The notes: generated from the letters alone by a model not told the origin. A stretch of 64,000 bases of DNA from Bacteroidota bacterium (GCA_043800695.1 JAZDMU010000002.1:126903-190902); one strand, 5' to 3'. Shown: positions 43,443 to 52,946, counted from the first letter of the stretch. Made by a program: numbers and translations.

Positions 43443-43662
43443 TCACATGTACTCATCCCCCCAACCGTCCCCCTCTTTTATCACATGTACCCACCCCCTT
43501 TATCCCCCTCCCTACTTCGTAAGGAGGGGGAATCAGATCGCTATATGTAATTGGCTATTAATTTATTACATTATGCTGTCATTAAATTAAAATAAATGTT
43601 TCTTTCATAACTCACCCCCTCCTTGCGACAGCAGGGAGGGGGTCGGGGGGTGGGTACGTGTG
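43443..43662. repeat. GC-rich MITE-like element (same family as 34336-34502) inside the his operon
   Basis: It has a 12-bp perfect terminal inverted repeat GTACCCACCCCC (43487-43498) / GGGGGTGGGTAC (43646-43657). Two internal hairpins are CCCCCTCC/GGAGGGGG (43504-43530 and 43615-43642). An extra partial left end lies at 43443-43475. Confidence 0.75.
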
Positions 43663-43664
43663 TA

Positions 43665-44420
43665 TCATATTCTTACAGGTATATTTTCATTTTTAAGATA
43701 TTCTTTCAGTTCCGGAATGCCGATCTCCCCAAAATGAAACACGCTTGCGGCCAGGGCGGCGTTGCATGATGTTTTTGCAAAAACATCTCTGAAATGTTCT
43801 TTTGTACCGGCACCGCCTGAAGCAATAACAGGGGTGTTCACACTGCTCCTTATCATATCAATCAGTTCGATGGAAAAACCTTCTTTGGTGCCATCGTTTT
43901 TCATTGAGGTGAGAAGAATCTCACCGGCACCAAGATCCTCTGCCTTTCGCGCCCAGTCGAGGGTTTTTATATCCACCGGCGTCCTGCCTCCGTCAAGATA
44001 GACTTTCCAGAATCCGCCACTCAGGTTTGTGTCAATTGCAACGACAACACACTGACTTCCGAATGCTCCGGCTATTTCAGAAATAAGTTCAGGTCTTCGA
44101 ACAGCTGCAGAGTTTATTGTTATCTTATCAGCGCCGGCCCCGAGAAGCGTTTCCACGTCAGCTGGAGTGCTTATACCGCCTCCGACAGTGAAAGGGATAT
44201 TTATTTCAGCTGCGATTTTTTCGACCAGGACAGCAAGCGTGCGGCGATTCTCGATAGTTGCTGTTATATCAAGGAACACAAGTTCATCAGCACCCTGGCC
44301 GGCATATATTTTTGCCTGTTCAACAGGATCTCCGGCATCCCTGATGTTTACGAAGCTGATACCCTTTACGGTCCTTCCGTCCTTTATGTCAAGGCATGGT
44401 ATTATTCTCTTTTTCAACAT
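43665..44420 (-). CDS. hisF: Imidazole glycerol phosphate synthase, cyclase subunit
   Basis: 251 aa. MLKKRIIPCLDIKDGRTVKG…DELVFLDITA…GGGI… are canonical HisF motifs. Confidence 0.95.
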   Translation of the reverse strand: MLKKRIIPCLDIKDGRTVKGISFVNIRDAGDPVEQAKIYAGQGADELVFLDITATIENRRTLAVLVEKIAAEINIPFTVGGGISTPADVETLLGAGADKITINSAAVRRPELISEIAGAFGSQCVVVAIDTNLSGGFWKVYLDGGRTPVDIKTLDWARKAEDLGAGEILLTSMKNDGTKEGFSIELIDMIRSSVNTPVIASGGAGTKEHFRDVFAKTSCNAALAASVFHFGEIGIPELKEYLKNENIPVRI

Positions 44421-45127
44421 ATTGTGCTTAGTTCAGTTAGTTTGATTTTCCCCTCGTACACAGCTTTTCCCACGATCGCTCCCTCACAGCCGGCTGCTGT
44501 GAGCTCATCAATGTCCTTCAGGGAAGAGATGCCTCCACTTGCAATGAGATTTATAACGGTGGCTTCCAGGATCTCCCTGTAAATATCTGTAGAGGGACCG
44601 CCCATCATACCGTCCCTTTCTGCGTCAGTACATATTGCATATTTCACTCCGAGGGAACCGTAAGCCGATATAAACGATACGATATCCTTTTCCGAAGATT
44701 CAATCCAGGCCGCGGACACGATATTCCTCTTTCTGAAATCGGCGCCAAGTATGATCCTGTCATTTCCGTATTTTCCAAGCCACTCTTTAAATAATGAAGG
44801 CTGTTTTACTGCGATTGTCCCCGCCGTAACCTGCTTTGCCCCGGCATTGAAAGCTGACTTAAGATCCTGCTCTGTGGTTATCCCTCCGCCGAAATCGATT
44901 ACAAGATCTGTCTTCGATGATAATTCTTCAAGTATATTTAAGTTTGTTATCTGCCTGTTTCTTACGCCATCGAGGTCGACCAGGTGGAGATATTTCAATC
45001 CGCCGGCTTCAATCTGTTTTGCAACTTCCAGGGGATCTTCGTTATATATTTTTCTGGTGTTGAAATCACCGCGTGAAAGCCTTACGCATTTGCCGTCAAT
45101 TATATCGAGGGCGATTATTATTCTCAT
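44414..45127 (-). CDS. hisA: 1-(5-phosphoribosyl)-5-[(5-phosphoribosylamino)methylideneamino]imidazole-4-carboxamide isomerase
   Basis: 237 aa. MRIIIALDIIDGKCVRL…HLVDLDG…GGGI… are HisA motifs. It sits between hisH and hisF. Confidence 0.9.
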   Translation of the reverse strand: MRIIIALDIIDGKCVRLSRGDFNTRKIYNEDPLEVAKQIEAGGLKYLHLVDLDGVRNRQITNLNILEELSSKTDLVIDFGGGITTEQDLKSAFNAGAKQVTAGTIAVKQPSLFKEWLGKYGNDRIILGADFRKRNIVSAAWIESSEKDIVSFISAYGSLGVKYAICTDAERDGMMGGPSTDIYREILEATVINLIASGGISSLKDIDELTAAGCEGAIVGKAVYEGKIKLTELSTIC

Positions 45128-45702
45128 AATTCCAGAAAATTCTTAAGTATCCGTTCTCCCGTTGCTGACGATTTTTCGGGATGGAACTGCGTTGCAAAGA
45201 AATTATCCTTCTGCATAGCAGCGCCGAATGGCAATAAGTAGTTGCAGACAGCTGTCGTGCATGATGAGATATCAGCATAATAGCTGTGAACAAAATAGAG
45301 ATCATCCTCCGCGGAAATTCCACTCAGCAAATCTCCTCTTATTGTGCTCAAATTGTTCCAGCCCATGTGCGGAATTATTCCGGTTTTCGGAAACAGCCTC
45401 ACATCGGCATCAAATATTCCCAGGCACCCGGTATTGCTCTCCTCTGATCTCCGGCACATCAGCTGAAGGCCAAGGCAGATACCCAGCACCGGCTGTTTCA
45501 GCGACAGCAATAATCTGTCAAGCCCTTTCTGCCGGAGATATTTCATTGCCGATCCTGCTTCACCTACTCCGGGGAAGATAACTTTTTCAGCCTTCAGAAT
45601 TTCAGCCCTTTCGTCTGTTATCACATGTTCATATCCGAGCCTCTTAAGCGCGTTTCCCACCGACCTTATGTTCCCGGCATTATATTTTATGATCGCTATC
45701 AT
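45124..45702 (-). CDS. hisH: Imidazole glycerol phosphate synthase, glutamine amidotransferase subunit
   Basis: 192 aa with the class-I GATase catalytic Cys context (…PVLGICLGLQLM…) and …FHPEKS…. Confidence 0.9.
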   Translation of the reverse strand: MIAIIKYNAGNIRSVGNALKRLGYEHVITDERAEILKAEKVIFPGVGEAGSAMKYLRQKGLDRLLLSLKQPVLGICLGLQLMCRRSEESNTGCLGIFDADVRLFPKTGIIPHMGWNNLSTIRGDLLSGISAEDDLYFVHSYYADISSCTTAVCNYLLPFGAAMQKDNFFATQFHPEKSSATGERILKNFLEL

Positions 45703-46787
45703 ATTTTCCCTTTCGTGGATGGCACATTATGATTATCTGTTTGTTTCAGAGCCTGTTTCAGCGTACGGCCGAATGCCTTGAAGATCGATTCAATCTTGTG
45801 GTGATCATTGTTCCCGTCATCTTTTATATTCAGATTGCATTTTGCATTGTCGCTGAATGTTTTGAAAAAGTGAAAGAACATTTCTGAAGGAATCCCGCCT
45901 GTCGCAGGACCTGCAAACTGAGCTTCCCAGACGATCCAGGGCCTTCCACCCATATCAATTGCAACCTGTGCAAGAGAGTCGTCCATAGGCAGTACAAAGC
46001 TGTATCGCTCAATGCTTTTCCTGGAGCCGGCGGCTTTGCTGAATGCTTCCCCAAGACAAATAGCGACATCCTCAATGATATGGTGGCCGTCATCGGTCAT
46101 ATCGCCTGCGGCGCTGATCTCAAGATCGAAGCTACCGTGCCTGGCTATCTGATCAAGCATATGATCAAAGAATCCTATGCCTGTGCTGATCATGCTTTTC
46201 CCGGTACCATCAACATTGAGGCGTACAGTAATATCTGTTTCGCCTGTTTTTCTGCTGACCGCCGATATCCTTGGCTTTGATTTCAGAAAACTGCAGATCT
46301 CATTCCAGTCTGTTGTGCAGAACATTGCATCTTCAGAGAATTCTTTTTTGAAGAAAATGGCATTGCAGCCAAGGTTCTTTGCCAGCTCAATATCTGTATT
46401 CCTGTCACCGATAACATATGAGTTTTCAAGGTCAACACCGCCGGCAAGATATTTCACCAGCATTGCCGTACCAGGCTTGCGGGTTGGCGCATTCTCCCCC
46501 GGGAGAGTCCTGTCAATGAAGACCTCTGCAAATTCAACTCCTTCATCCCTGAGGATCTGAAGCATCTTGTCGTGTGAAGGCCAGAATGATTCTTCAGGGA
46601 ATGAATCGGTTCCCAGACCGTCCTGGTTTGTAACCATTACAAGTTCAAAATCGGTTTCCCGGGCTATCCTTGCAAGACCTGAAATTGCACCCGGTATGAA
46701 CCTGAATTTTTCCAGACTGTCAACCTGCTCGTCTTCTGGTTCTGTCAGAATGGTTCCGTCCCTGTCGATAAATAATACTTTTTTCAT
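45699..46787 (-). CDS. hisB: Bifunctional histidinol-phosphatase / imidazoleglycerol-phosphate dehydratase
   Basis: 362 aa with an N-terminal HAD domain (LFIDRDGTI) and a C-terminal IGPD domain (…GIGFFDHMLDQIARHG…DGHHIIEDVAI…NDHHKIESIFKAFGR…). Confidence 0.9.
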   Translation of the reverse strand: MKKVLFIDRDGTILTEPEDEQVDSLEKFRFIPGAISGLARIARETDFELVMVTNQDGLGTDSFPEESFWPSHDKMLQILRDEGVEFAEVFIDRTLPGENAPTRKPGTAMLVKYLAGGVDLENSYVIGDRNTDIELAKNLGCNAIFFKKEFSEDAMFCTTDWNEICSFLKSKPRISAVSRKTGETDITVRLNVDGTGKSMISTGIGFFDHMLDQIARHGSFDLEISAAGDMTDDGHHIIEDVAICLGEAFSKAAGSRKSIERYSFVLPMDDSLAQVAIDMGGRPWIVWEAQFAGPATGGIPSEMFFHFFKTFSDNAKCNLNIKDDGNNDHHKIESIFKAFGRTLKQALKQTDNHNVPSTKGKI

Positions 46788-47815
46788 GGCTGAATTGATT
46801 TTAATGCATTGAGGAGAATGTTGTTCTCGGTCTTTGTTCCGACTGTGATCCTGAGGCAGCTGTCAACAACTCTGCTTCTGTTTCTGACAATTATTCCCTT
46901 ATCAGCCAGATAATTATAAACCATATCTGCGTCTGAAAATCTTACAAGCAGAAAATTAGCATCGGAAGGATATACCTTCTGAACGACCTGTATTTTTCTG
47001 ATTTCTTTCGAAAGCCTCTCCCTCTCCTCTGTGATTTTTGAGACCTGCTTTTTGTAAGATGAAATATCCGAAAGTCTCTTAAGCACGGTTTTCTGGTTGA
47101 TGGCGCTGATGTTGTAGGGAGGTTTCATCTTGTTGAAATAGCTGATAATTGCGGGATCTGCAAATGCAATTCCAACTCTCACGGATGCCATTCCGAATGC
47201 CTTGCTCATGGTCTGCATCACGATGAGGTTCGGAAATTCATCAATCCGGTCTTTGAATGATGGTTGGCCTGCAAAGTCGATATAGGCTTCATCAAGCAGT
47301 ACGATTCCCGGGAAAGAAGAAAGGATTTTTTCGATCACATCCTTATCCTGGCAGTTGCCGGTGGGGTTGTTCGGGGAGCAGATAATTAGAAGCTTTAGCT
47401 TTTCATCCTGCAGATATGGAAGCAAATCTTCATATCTGATACAGAAATCAGCGTCAAGCGGAATCTTTATCATTTCCAAATCGTTGGCAGCTGCTGATAC
47501 CCCGTACATGCCGTAGGAAGGGGAGAAGGTAAGAGCTTTATCGGCACCGGGATTGCAGAATATCCTGAAGCAGAGATCAATGATCTCGTCGCTTCCGTTA
47601 CCGAGGAATATTTTTTCCGGTGGAACATTCTTTATTCTGCTTATAGTGTTTTTAAGATCCTTCTGGTAAGGATCAGGGTACCTGTTGAGCTTTCCGTACG
47701 GATTCTCATTGGCATCAAGGAATATTCCCTCCCTTCCTGCGAATTCATCGCGGGCGCATGAGTATGGGGTCAGGTTTCTGACGTTCTTTCTGACAATCTT
47801 ATCTAAACCAAACAT
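46784..47815 (-). CDS. hisC: Histidinol-phosphate aminotransferase
   Basis: 343 aa. …LTPYSCARDEF…NENPYG…SPNNPTG…TMSKAFGMASVRVG… are HisC motifs. Confidence 0.9.
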   Translation of the reverse strand: MFGLDKIVRKNVRNLTPYSCARDEFAGREGIFLDANENPYGKLNRYPDPYQKDLKNTISRIKNVPPEKIFLGNGSDEIIDLCFRIFCNPGADKALTFSPSYGMYGVSAAANDLEMIKIPLDADFCIRYEDLLPYLQDEKLKLLIICSPNNPTGNCQDKDVIEKILSSFPGIVLLDEAYIDFAGQPSFKDRIDEFPNLIVMQTMSKAFGMASVRVGIAFADPAIISYFNKMKPPYNISAINQKTVLKRLSDISSYKKQVSKITEERERLSKEIRKIQVVQKVYPSDANFLLVRFSDADMVYNYLADKGIIVRNRSRVVDSCLRITVGTKTENNILLNALKSIQP

Positions 47816-49100
47816 TCTCTGTCTTTTTTAACCTGATTTTAACTGCATTAGCGTGACCTGCCAGCGATTCTGCCTCCGCCATCAATTCAACAGCAGGTCC
47901 TATATTTCTTATCCCTTCCTTTGTTATTTCCTGGAAAGTGATTTTTCTCATGAAGCTCTCAACTGAGACTCCGCAATAGCATTTCGCGTATCCGTTGGTG
48001 GGCAGGGTGTGGTTCGTACCTGAGGCATAATCTCCGGCGCTCTCGCAGGAATATTTCCCTATGAATACCGAACCTGCATTTATAACCTTTTCAGCCATTT
48101 CGGCTGCGTTTGCACAATTTATTATAAGGTGCTCGGGTGCATATTCGTTGCTGAAACTGATTGCTTGCTCGAGGTCCGGCATCAGGATAAGAAGGCTGGT
48201 ATTAAGCGCCTGTTCCGCGATATCTTTTCTCGGTAACAGCTTAATTTGTTTTTTGATCTCTGCCATTACACCCGGAAGAATTTTCCTGCTGTCGGTGACC
48301 AGTACAACCTGACTGTCTGGCCCATGCTCGGACTGGGAGAGCAGGTCGGCCGCAACAAACTCAGGATCAGCTGTTTTATCGGCAATCACCAGCACCTCGC
48401 TCGGACCGGCGGGCATGTCGATGGCAACTCCGTCCGCCTGGACCATCTCTTTGGCCCTGGTAACATATTGATTGCCCGGACCGAAAATCTTGTTCACTTT
48501 CGGTACGGTTTCAGTCCCGTAAACCATCGCCGCAATCGCCTGGGCACCGCCGATTTTGTATATTTCACTTATACCGGTCAGTGAGGCGGCATACAGGATC
48601 AGCGGATCCACATTTCCCGTCCTTCCGGGAGGAGTGCACATTATTATTTGTCTGCAGCCGGCAATTCTTGCAGGTATGCCCAGCATCAGAACAGAAGAGA
48701 AAAGAGGGGCGGAGCCTCCGGGTATATATAAGCCAACCTTTTCGATTGCCGCATTCTTCCTCCAGCATCTGATCCCGGGCATTGTCACCACGACCTCTTC
48801 CCTGCAAAGCTGGGACATGTGGAATTTTTCTATATTCCTGTAAGCCGTGTTTATGGCTTCTTTCAGCTTTTCAGGGATTTTATTTCCTGATTCCATGATC
48901 TCTTTCCTGGAGACCCTGATCTTCTCCTGTTTTATTTTATCAAACTTCATGGAGTATTCATGAAGGGCTTTATCTCCTGAAGTTTTTACATCAAAGAGGA
49001 TCTTTCTGACGGTTTCGTCAATATCGTCTTTTGCACTGTCCGGACGTCTGCACAAAGTGACCCAGGTCTCTTTTTCAGGGTAAAGGATGGTTTGCATCAC
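47799..49100 (-). CDS. hisD: Histidinol dehydrogenase
   Basis: 433 aa. …YIPGGSAPLFSSVLM…SQSEHGPDSQ…YASGTNHTLPT… are HisD motifs. Confidence 0.95.
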   Translation of the reverse strand: MMQTILYPEKETWVTLCRRPDSAKDDIDETVRKILFDVKTSGDKALHEYSMKFDKIKQEKIRVSRKEIMESGNKIPEKLKEAINTAYRNIEKFHMSQLCREEVVVTMPGIRCWRKNAAIEKVGLYIPGGSAPLFSSVLMLGIPARIAGCRQIIMCTPPGRTGNVDPLILYAASLTGISEIYKIGGAQAIAAMVYGTETVPKVNKIFGPGNQYVTRAKEMVQADGVAIDMPAGPSEVLVIADKTADPEFVAADLLSQSEHGPDSQVVLVTDSRKILPGVMAEIKKQIKLLPRKDIAEQALNTSLLILMPDLEQAISFSNEYAPEHLIINCANAAEMAEKVINAGSVFIGKYSCESAGDYASGTNHTLPTNGYAKCYCGVSVESFMRKITFQEITKEGIRNIGPAVELMAEAESLAGHANAVKIRLKKTENVWFR

Positions 49101-49954
49101 AGTATCATTTTTTCTATCGGTATGACAAGAATTCCTTCGGCGCCTGCAGCTTTAAGCTGATCGATCCTCTCCCAGAATTCATCTTCCTTTACTACGGAGT
49201 GAAGGCTGCACCACCCTTTCTCGGCAAGCGGGAGTATTGTAGGGCTTTTAATACCGGGAAGGACCTTACATATCTCCGGGACTGCTGATTCCGGCGCATT
49301 AAGGAGTATATATTTATTTTCTCTTGAGTTCTTCACAGCCCTTATTCTGAAAAGAAGCTTTTCCAGTATCTCCTTCTTTGAATCTCTCAGGTTTTTATTC
49401 GCGATTATCACTGCCTGGCTTTTGAGAATAGTGGCAACCTCCTTTAATCCATTGGTCATCAGTGTGCTTCCGGAGCTGGCAATATCACATACAGCATCGG
49501 CTAACCCGATTCCCGTGGCTATTTCGACGCTTCCGCTTATTTCTTCGATCCCGGCTGTGATATTATTTTTTCTGAAGAATTCACTCAGCAGCCTGGGGTA
49601 GCTGGTGGCCACTTTTTTATTGCTGAAAAACTGAAGGCCGGTGTAAGTCTCCTCTTTGGGGATTGCCAGCGAAAGCCTGCATCCCGCAAAACCAAGCTGC
49701 TCAAGGATCGTCACATCCTTATTCTTTTCAAGCACCATGTTTTTACCGAGGATGCCTATATCGGCGACCTGTTGTTCAACATATTGAGGAATGTCGTCAT
49801 CCCTGAGAAAGAGTATCTCAACAGGGAAATTCACTGCTGTGCTCCTTAGTACCCCTGTGCCGTTTGAGAATTTTATGCCGCACTCTTCAAGCAGCTTGTG
49901 GGAATTTTCGCTGAGGCGCCCGCTTTTCTGGATTGCAATTTTCAGTTTGCTCAT
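49097..49954 (-). CDS. hisG: ATP phosphoribosyltransferase (long form)
   Basis: I prefer the start at M9 of the track ORF (MSKLKIAIQKSGRL…). It has …DDIPQYV…DIGI…, a C-terminal regulatory domain, and is the first gene of the his operon. Confidence 0.9.
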   Translation of the reverse strand: MSKLKIAIQKSGRLSENSHKLLEECGIKFSNGTGVLRSTAVNFPVEILFLRDDDIPQYVEQQVADIGILGKNMVLEKNKDVTILEQLGFAGCRLSLAIPKEETYTGLQFFSNKKVATSYPRLLSEFFRKNNITAGIEEISGSVEIATGIGLADAVCDIASSGSTLMTNGLKEVATILKSQAVIIANKNLRDSKKEILEKLLFRIRAVKNSRENKYILLNAPESAVPEICKVLPGIKSPTILPLAEKGWCSLHSVVKEDEFWERIDQLKAAGAEGILVIPIEKMIL

Positions 49955-49990
49955 TTTGTTTTCGTTTAGTCTGAGCAAACCAGGCAGAAT

Positions 49991-50022
49991 GAAAAAACCC
50001 GTCCGGATTGCTCAGACGGGTT
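49991..50022 (-). terminator. Attenuator terminator upstream of hisG
   Basis: The minus strand reads AACCCGTC-TGAGCAATCCG-GACGGGTT followed by TTTTTC. It ends 37 nt before the hisG ATG. Confidence 0.75.
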
Positions 50023-50051
50023 ATGATATTATTTATCAATGTTACATATCA

Positions 50052-50099
50052 CTATCTCCTCGCCTGAGAGCAAGTATGATGGTGATGATGATGTAACAT
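50052..50099 (-). CDS. His leader peptide MLHHHHHHTCSQARR
   Basis: I translated the minus strand by hand: ATG TTA CAT CAT CAT CAC CAT CAT ACT TGC TCT CAG GCG AGG AGA TAG. It has six consecutive His codons. Confidence 0.85.
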   Translation of the reverse strand: MLHHHHHHTCSQARR

Positions 50100-50129
50100 T
50101 AAATAGTACATTGCTTAATAATATAAATA

Positions 50130-50137
50130 CAAAGATA
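50130..50137 (-). promoter_or_regulatory. Candidate -7 promoter box (TATCTTTG) for the his leader
   Basis: It fits TAnnTTTG on the minus strand, 30 nt upstream of the leader ATG. I found no clear -33 TTTG. Confidence 0.3.
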
Positions 50138-50222
50138 GTGAAAAATTAATAAATAAAAGAAAAATTCTGGGAAAAATGAACTTAATATTCCAATGACCGC
50201 ACCCCAACCTTTCAGTGGAACC

Positions 50223-50261
50223 GACCCCCCAACCCCTCCCGCCTTAGGCGGGACGGGGGTC
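50223..50261. repeat. GC-rich hairpin abutting the stop codon of the leuB remnant
   Basis: It has the stems TCCCGCC (50236-50242) / GGCGGGA (50247-50253) and GACCCCC (50223-50229) / GGGGGTC (50255-50261). It contains the CCCCCAACC word shared with 34.3 and 43.4 kb. Confidence 0.6.
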
Positions 50262-50367
50262 ATATCCTACCTGCAACAAGATCTCCGACTTCAGTCGTTG
50301 AGTATCCCATTTTACCTGCACCCAGGTCTTTAAGTTTGTTTGCAGTTACGTCCATCACAGTTTTTCT
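50260..50367 (-). pseudogene. leuB: Orphan 3'-terminal fragment of leuB (last 35 codons plus stop)
   Basis: The minus-strand translation is EKTVMDVTANKLKDLGAGKMGYSTTEVGDLVAGRI*. The intact leuB C-terminus is EKAVMDVTANKLKDLGAGKMGYSTSEVGDLIAEKL* (55238-55345). There is no leuB-like sequence upstream of codon E. Confidence 0.8.
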
Positions 50368-50595
50368 GGAAGAAGGATCTTCAACAAGTGAATATATTTT
50401 TTATCAAATAGTCCTGCAAAAACTTGACTTATATAGTATTTATCTCGTAAATTTGATACAGAGATAAAAATTACGCCCGTAATTTTTTCAATGATTGTCT
50501 GTAATGGTCTGTTTTTAAGTGTTTTCATTATATGGAAACTGTGTTTATTTATGTGAAAGGATACTGGTGATTTTGAAAGTCAAATAAAACAAGCC

Positions 50596-52923
50596 ATGAA
50601 AAGACAGGCTGTTTTGCTGATTATTTCGGTTTTTACATTTTCTGCGGTAACCGCTCAGCAGTTAAAAATAAGCGGGCGGGTCACGGACAAGGAAGGACGA
50701 TCGGTGGCGGGAGCGGCCCTGTTCCTGGAACCAGACGGGAAACAGACCATTTCCGGCAATTCCGGAGAATACGATATTGGTTCAGCCCCGGGGAACAAAC
50801 AGTTAACCGCCAGGGCGCTGGGATACAGGTCAGAGTCAGTGCGATTCGAATTAATATCCGATACTGTTATCGATTTTTATCTGAAGCTTTCACCGGTTGA
50901 GCTCGGTGAAGTGGTCATTACAGGTGATTCGGCAAGGAATGTTGTGATAACACAGAGAGGTAGTTATGTTGTGACGCCGGCTGCCATCCGTGAGACTCCC
51001 AGGCTCTTCAGCGAACCCGATCTGTTGAAGTCTGTTCAGATGTTGCCGGGTGTTGTTTCGGGTAAGGAAGGCACATCTGACCTCTATGTGAGGGGAGGAG
51101 GCGCGGGACAAAATGTTGTTATGGCCAACGGTTGTTATTTCTTCCTGCCGGGACATCTGCTGGGTATAGTATCACCTTATGACCTGGACTTCCTCGAAAG
51201 CGCCGAGCTTTATAAAGATTATTTCCCTGCCTCACTCGGCAACGGAGCCTCTTCGGTGATAAGTCTTGACTTTAAAAAGGTTCATTCCGATTCTCTCGGA
51301 TTGCAGTTCAGGGCAGGACTGCTCTCTTCGGGATTGATATTAGAATCTCCTCTAAGAAAGATAAACTGGGAGCTGGCAGCAGGAATCAAAGCCGGTAACT
51401 ATTTTATTTATGCGCCGATCCTGAAAAAGATAGTATCGGAAGAAACAGGCGATTTTCTGCCACCCAATAGATACTCCTTTTTCGACGGGTTCCTGAGACT
51501 CTCCCATTCTTCATCCCGGCACGGGGATATTACTTTCCTGTTTTTCGGTAATTACGATAACGGTAAAGAAGAAAACAGGTTTGAAAGTCAGAGCGGCGAT
51601 ACTTTAGTGAAATACACCGACGGTATATCGACAGGCTGGAATAACATGGTTCATTCCGTTCAGTGGGTTCCACCTGTTAACGGATCATTGAAGTGGAAGC
51701 TGAACCTTAACTATAACAGGATATCAACAGGCAGGAAAATCTATTCATCGACAGAAGAATTACTTTATGGTACTGAAAAAACAGGTTCATCAGAAACGCT
51801 TCTTTCTTTCTACCCCACAGTCGATAATATTGCCACGCTCATATCATTTAACCTGTCGAAGGAAAAAATAAGTATTGATGCAGGTATCTCTGACAGGTTC
51901 AGGTATTTCACTCAGAATAACTATTCCCTTAACACTATAGATGATAACACTACCCGGATAAATTTCGGAGAGGATGACATTGTAAACGAAACGGCCCTTT
52001 TTATATCGACGACGGTACTCCCTGTAGAAAAACTCAAAATTGACGCCGGGATAAGGCTGACGGGGATAATTAAGAAGGACATTGTTTTTTTCATTCCCGA
52101 ACCACGGTTAAGGATATCCTTTAATGATGGAGAACTGATATCTCCCCATATAAATTATGTAAAACTGAGCCAGTCGGATCATTCTGTGGAGGGATCGAAT
52201 GCAGGGCTGAGAAGTATGCTGTGGCTGCCGGTTTATAAAGAATTCGGTCCTGAAATATCCGATGTATTCTCTGCAGGTTTTCAGGGAAATACAAAAGATA
52301 ATCTTACCTGGACAATAGACGGTTATTATAAGAATATATCCGGTATGGTGGATTTCATGCCGGGGGCAAGTTTCATTATCGACACATCTTTTGTTGATAT
52401 GCTCGACAGGGTAAGAGGTAAAGCCTGGGGAGTTGAGACCGGGTTAATAAAAAGTAAAGGAAAGATCACCGGAAGTGTCAGCTATACATATTCAAGATCA
52501 AAAAGAGAATGGGGATCGCCTGAGGGAATGATTTGGATCCCCTCGGGAGCCGACAGGCCGCATAATTTTAACATTTCGATGAAGTATTACTTTAAGCCTT
52601 CCACAAGCTTCGGACTGAACTGGGTTTACCGGTCAGGAGCCCCGGCTACTATTTATATGCATGAAACATCATACGGCGAGTTCTTCGAAACAAAGAATAA
52701 TATAAGGTACTTCGATTATCATAGATTGGATATTTCATTCAGACAGATCATCTACAAGCGGAGATTTTCGATATTTATAGATGCCGACATATACAATCTA
52801 TATAACCGGAAAAACACTTTCTACTTTAGGAAGACCTGGGATGAGGCGGAGCAGATTTACTATTTTAAAAACATATCACTGTTTCCTGTAATGCCTTCAC
52901 TCACTGTGACAATTAAGTTTTAG
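50596..52923 (+). CDS. TonB-dependent receptor (CarbopepD_reg + plug + barrel), DUF4249-associated type
   Basis: 775 aa with a signal peptide. It has …LKISGRVTDKEGRSVAGAALFL… and a plug (…LLKSVQMLPGVVSGKEGTSDLYVRGGGAGQN…). The barrel ends in …LTVTIKF. Confidence 0.8.
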   Translation: MKRQAVLLIISVFTFSAVTAQQLKISGRVTDKEGRSVAGAALFLEPDGKQTISGNSGEYDIGSAPGNKQLTARALGYRSESVRFELISDTVIDFYLKLSPVELGEVVITGDSARNVVITQRGSYVVTPAAIRETPRLFSEPDLLKSVQMLPGVVSGKEGTSDLYVRGGGAGQNVVMANGCYFFLPGHLLGIVSPYDLDFLESAELYKDYFPASLGNGASSVISLDFKKVHSDSLGLQFRAGLLSSGLILESPLRKINWELAAGIKAGNYFIYAPILKKIVSEETGDFLPPNRYSFFDGFLRLSHSSSRHGDITFLFFGNYDNGKEENRFESQSGDTLVKYTDGISTGWNNMVHSVQWVPPVNGSLKWKLNLNYNRISTGRKIYSSTEELLYGTEKTGSSETLLSFYPTVDNIATLISFNLSKEKISIDAGISDRFRYFTQNNYSLNTIDDNTTRINFGEDDIVNETALFISTTVLPVEKLKIDAGIRLTGIIKKDIVFFIPEPRLRISFNDGELISPHINYVKLSQSDHSVEGSNAGLRSMLWLPVYKEFGPEISDVFSAGFQGNTKDNLTWTIDGYYKNISGMVDFMPGASFIIDTSFVDMLDRVRGKAWGVETGLIKSKGKITGSVSYTYSRSKREWGSPEGMIWIPSGADRPHNFNISMKYYFKPSTSFGLNWVYRSGAPATIYMHETSYGEFFETKNNIRYFDYHRLDISFRQIIYKRRFSIFIDADIYNLYNRKNTFYFRKTWDEAEQIYYFKNISLFPVMPSLTVTIKF

Positions 52924-52946
52924 AGCAATTCATTATCAATCATATT

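Noticed and set aside
49791-50096. 101-aa plus-strand ORF ending ...ASMMVMMM
   Set aside because: It is the antisense reading of the hisG 5' end, the attenuator and the CAT/CAC His-codon run. The His leader on the minus strand explains the sequence, and there is no independent coding evidence.
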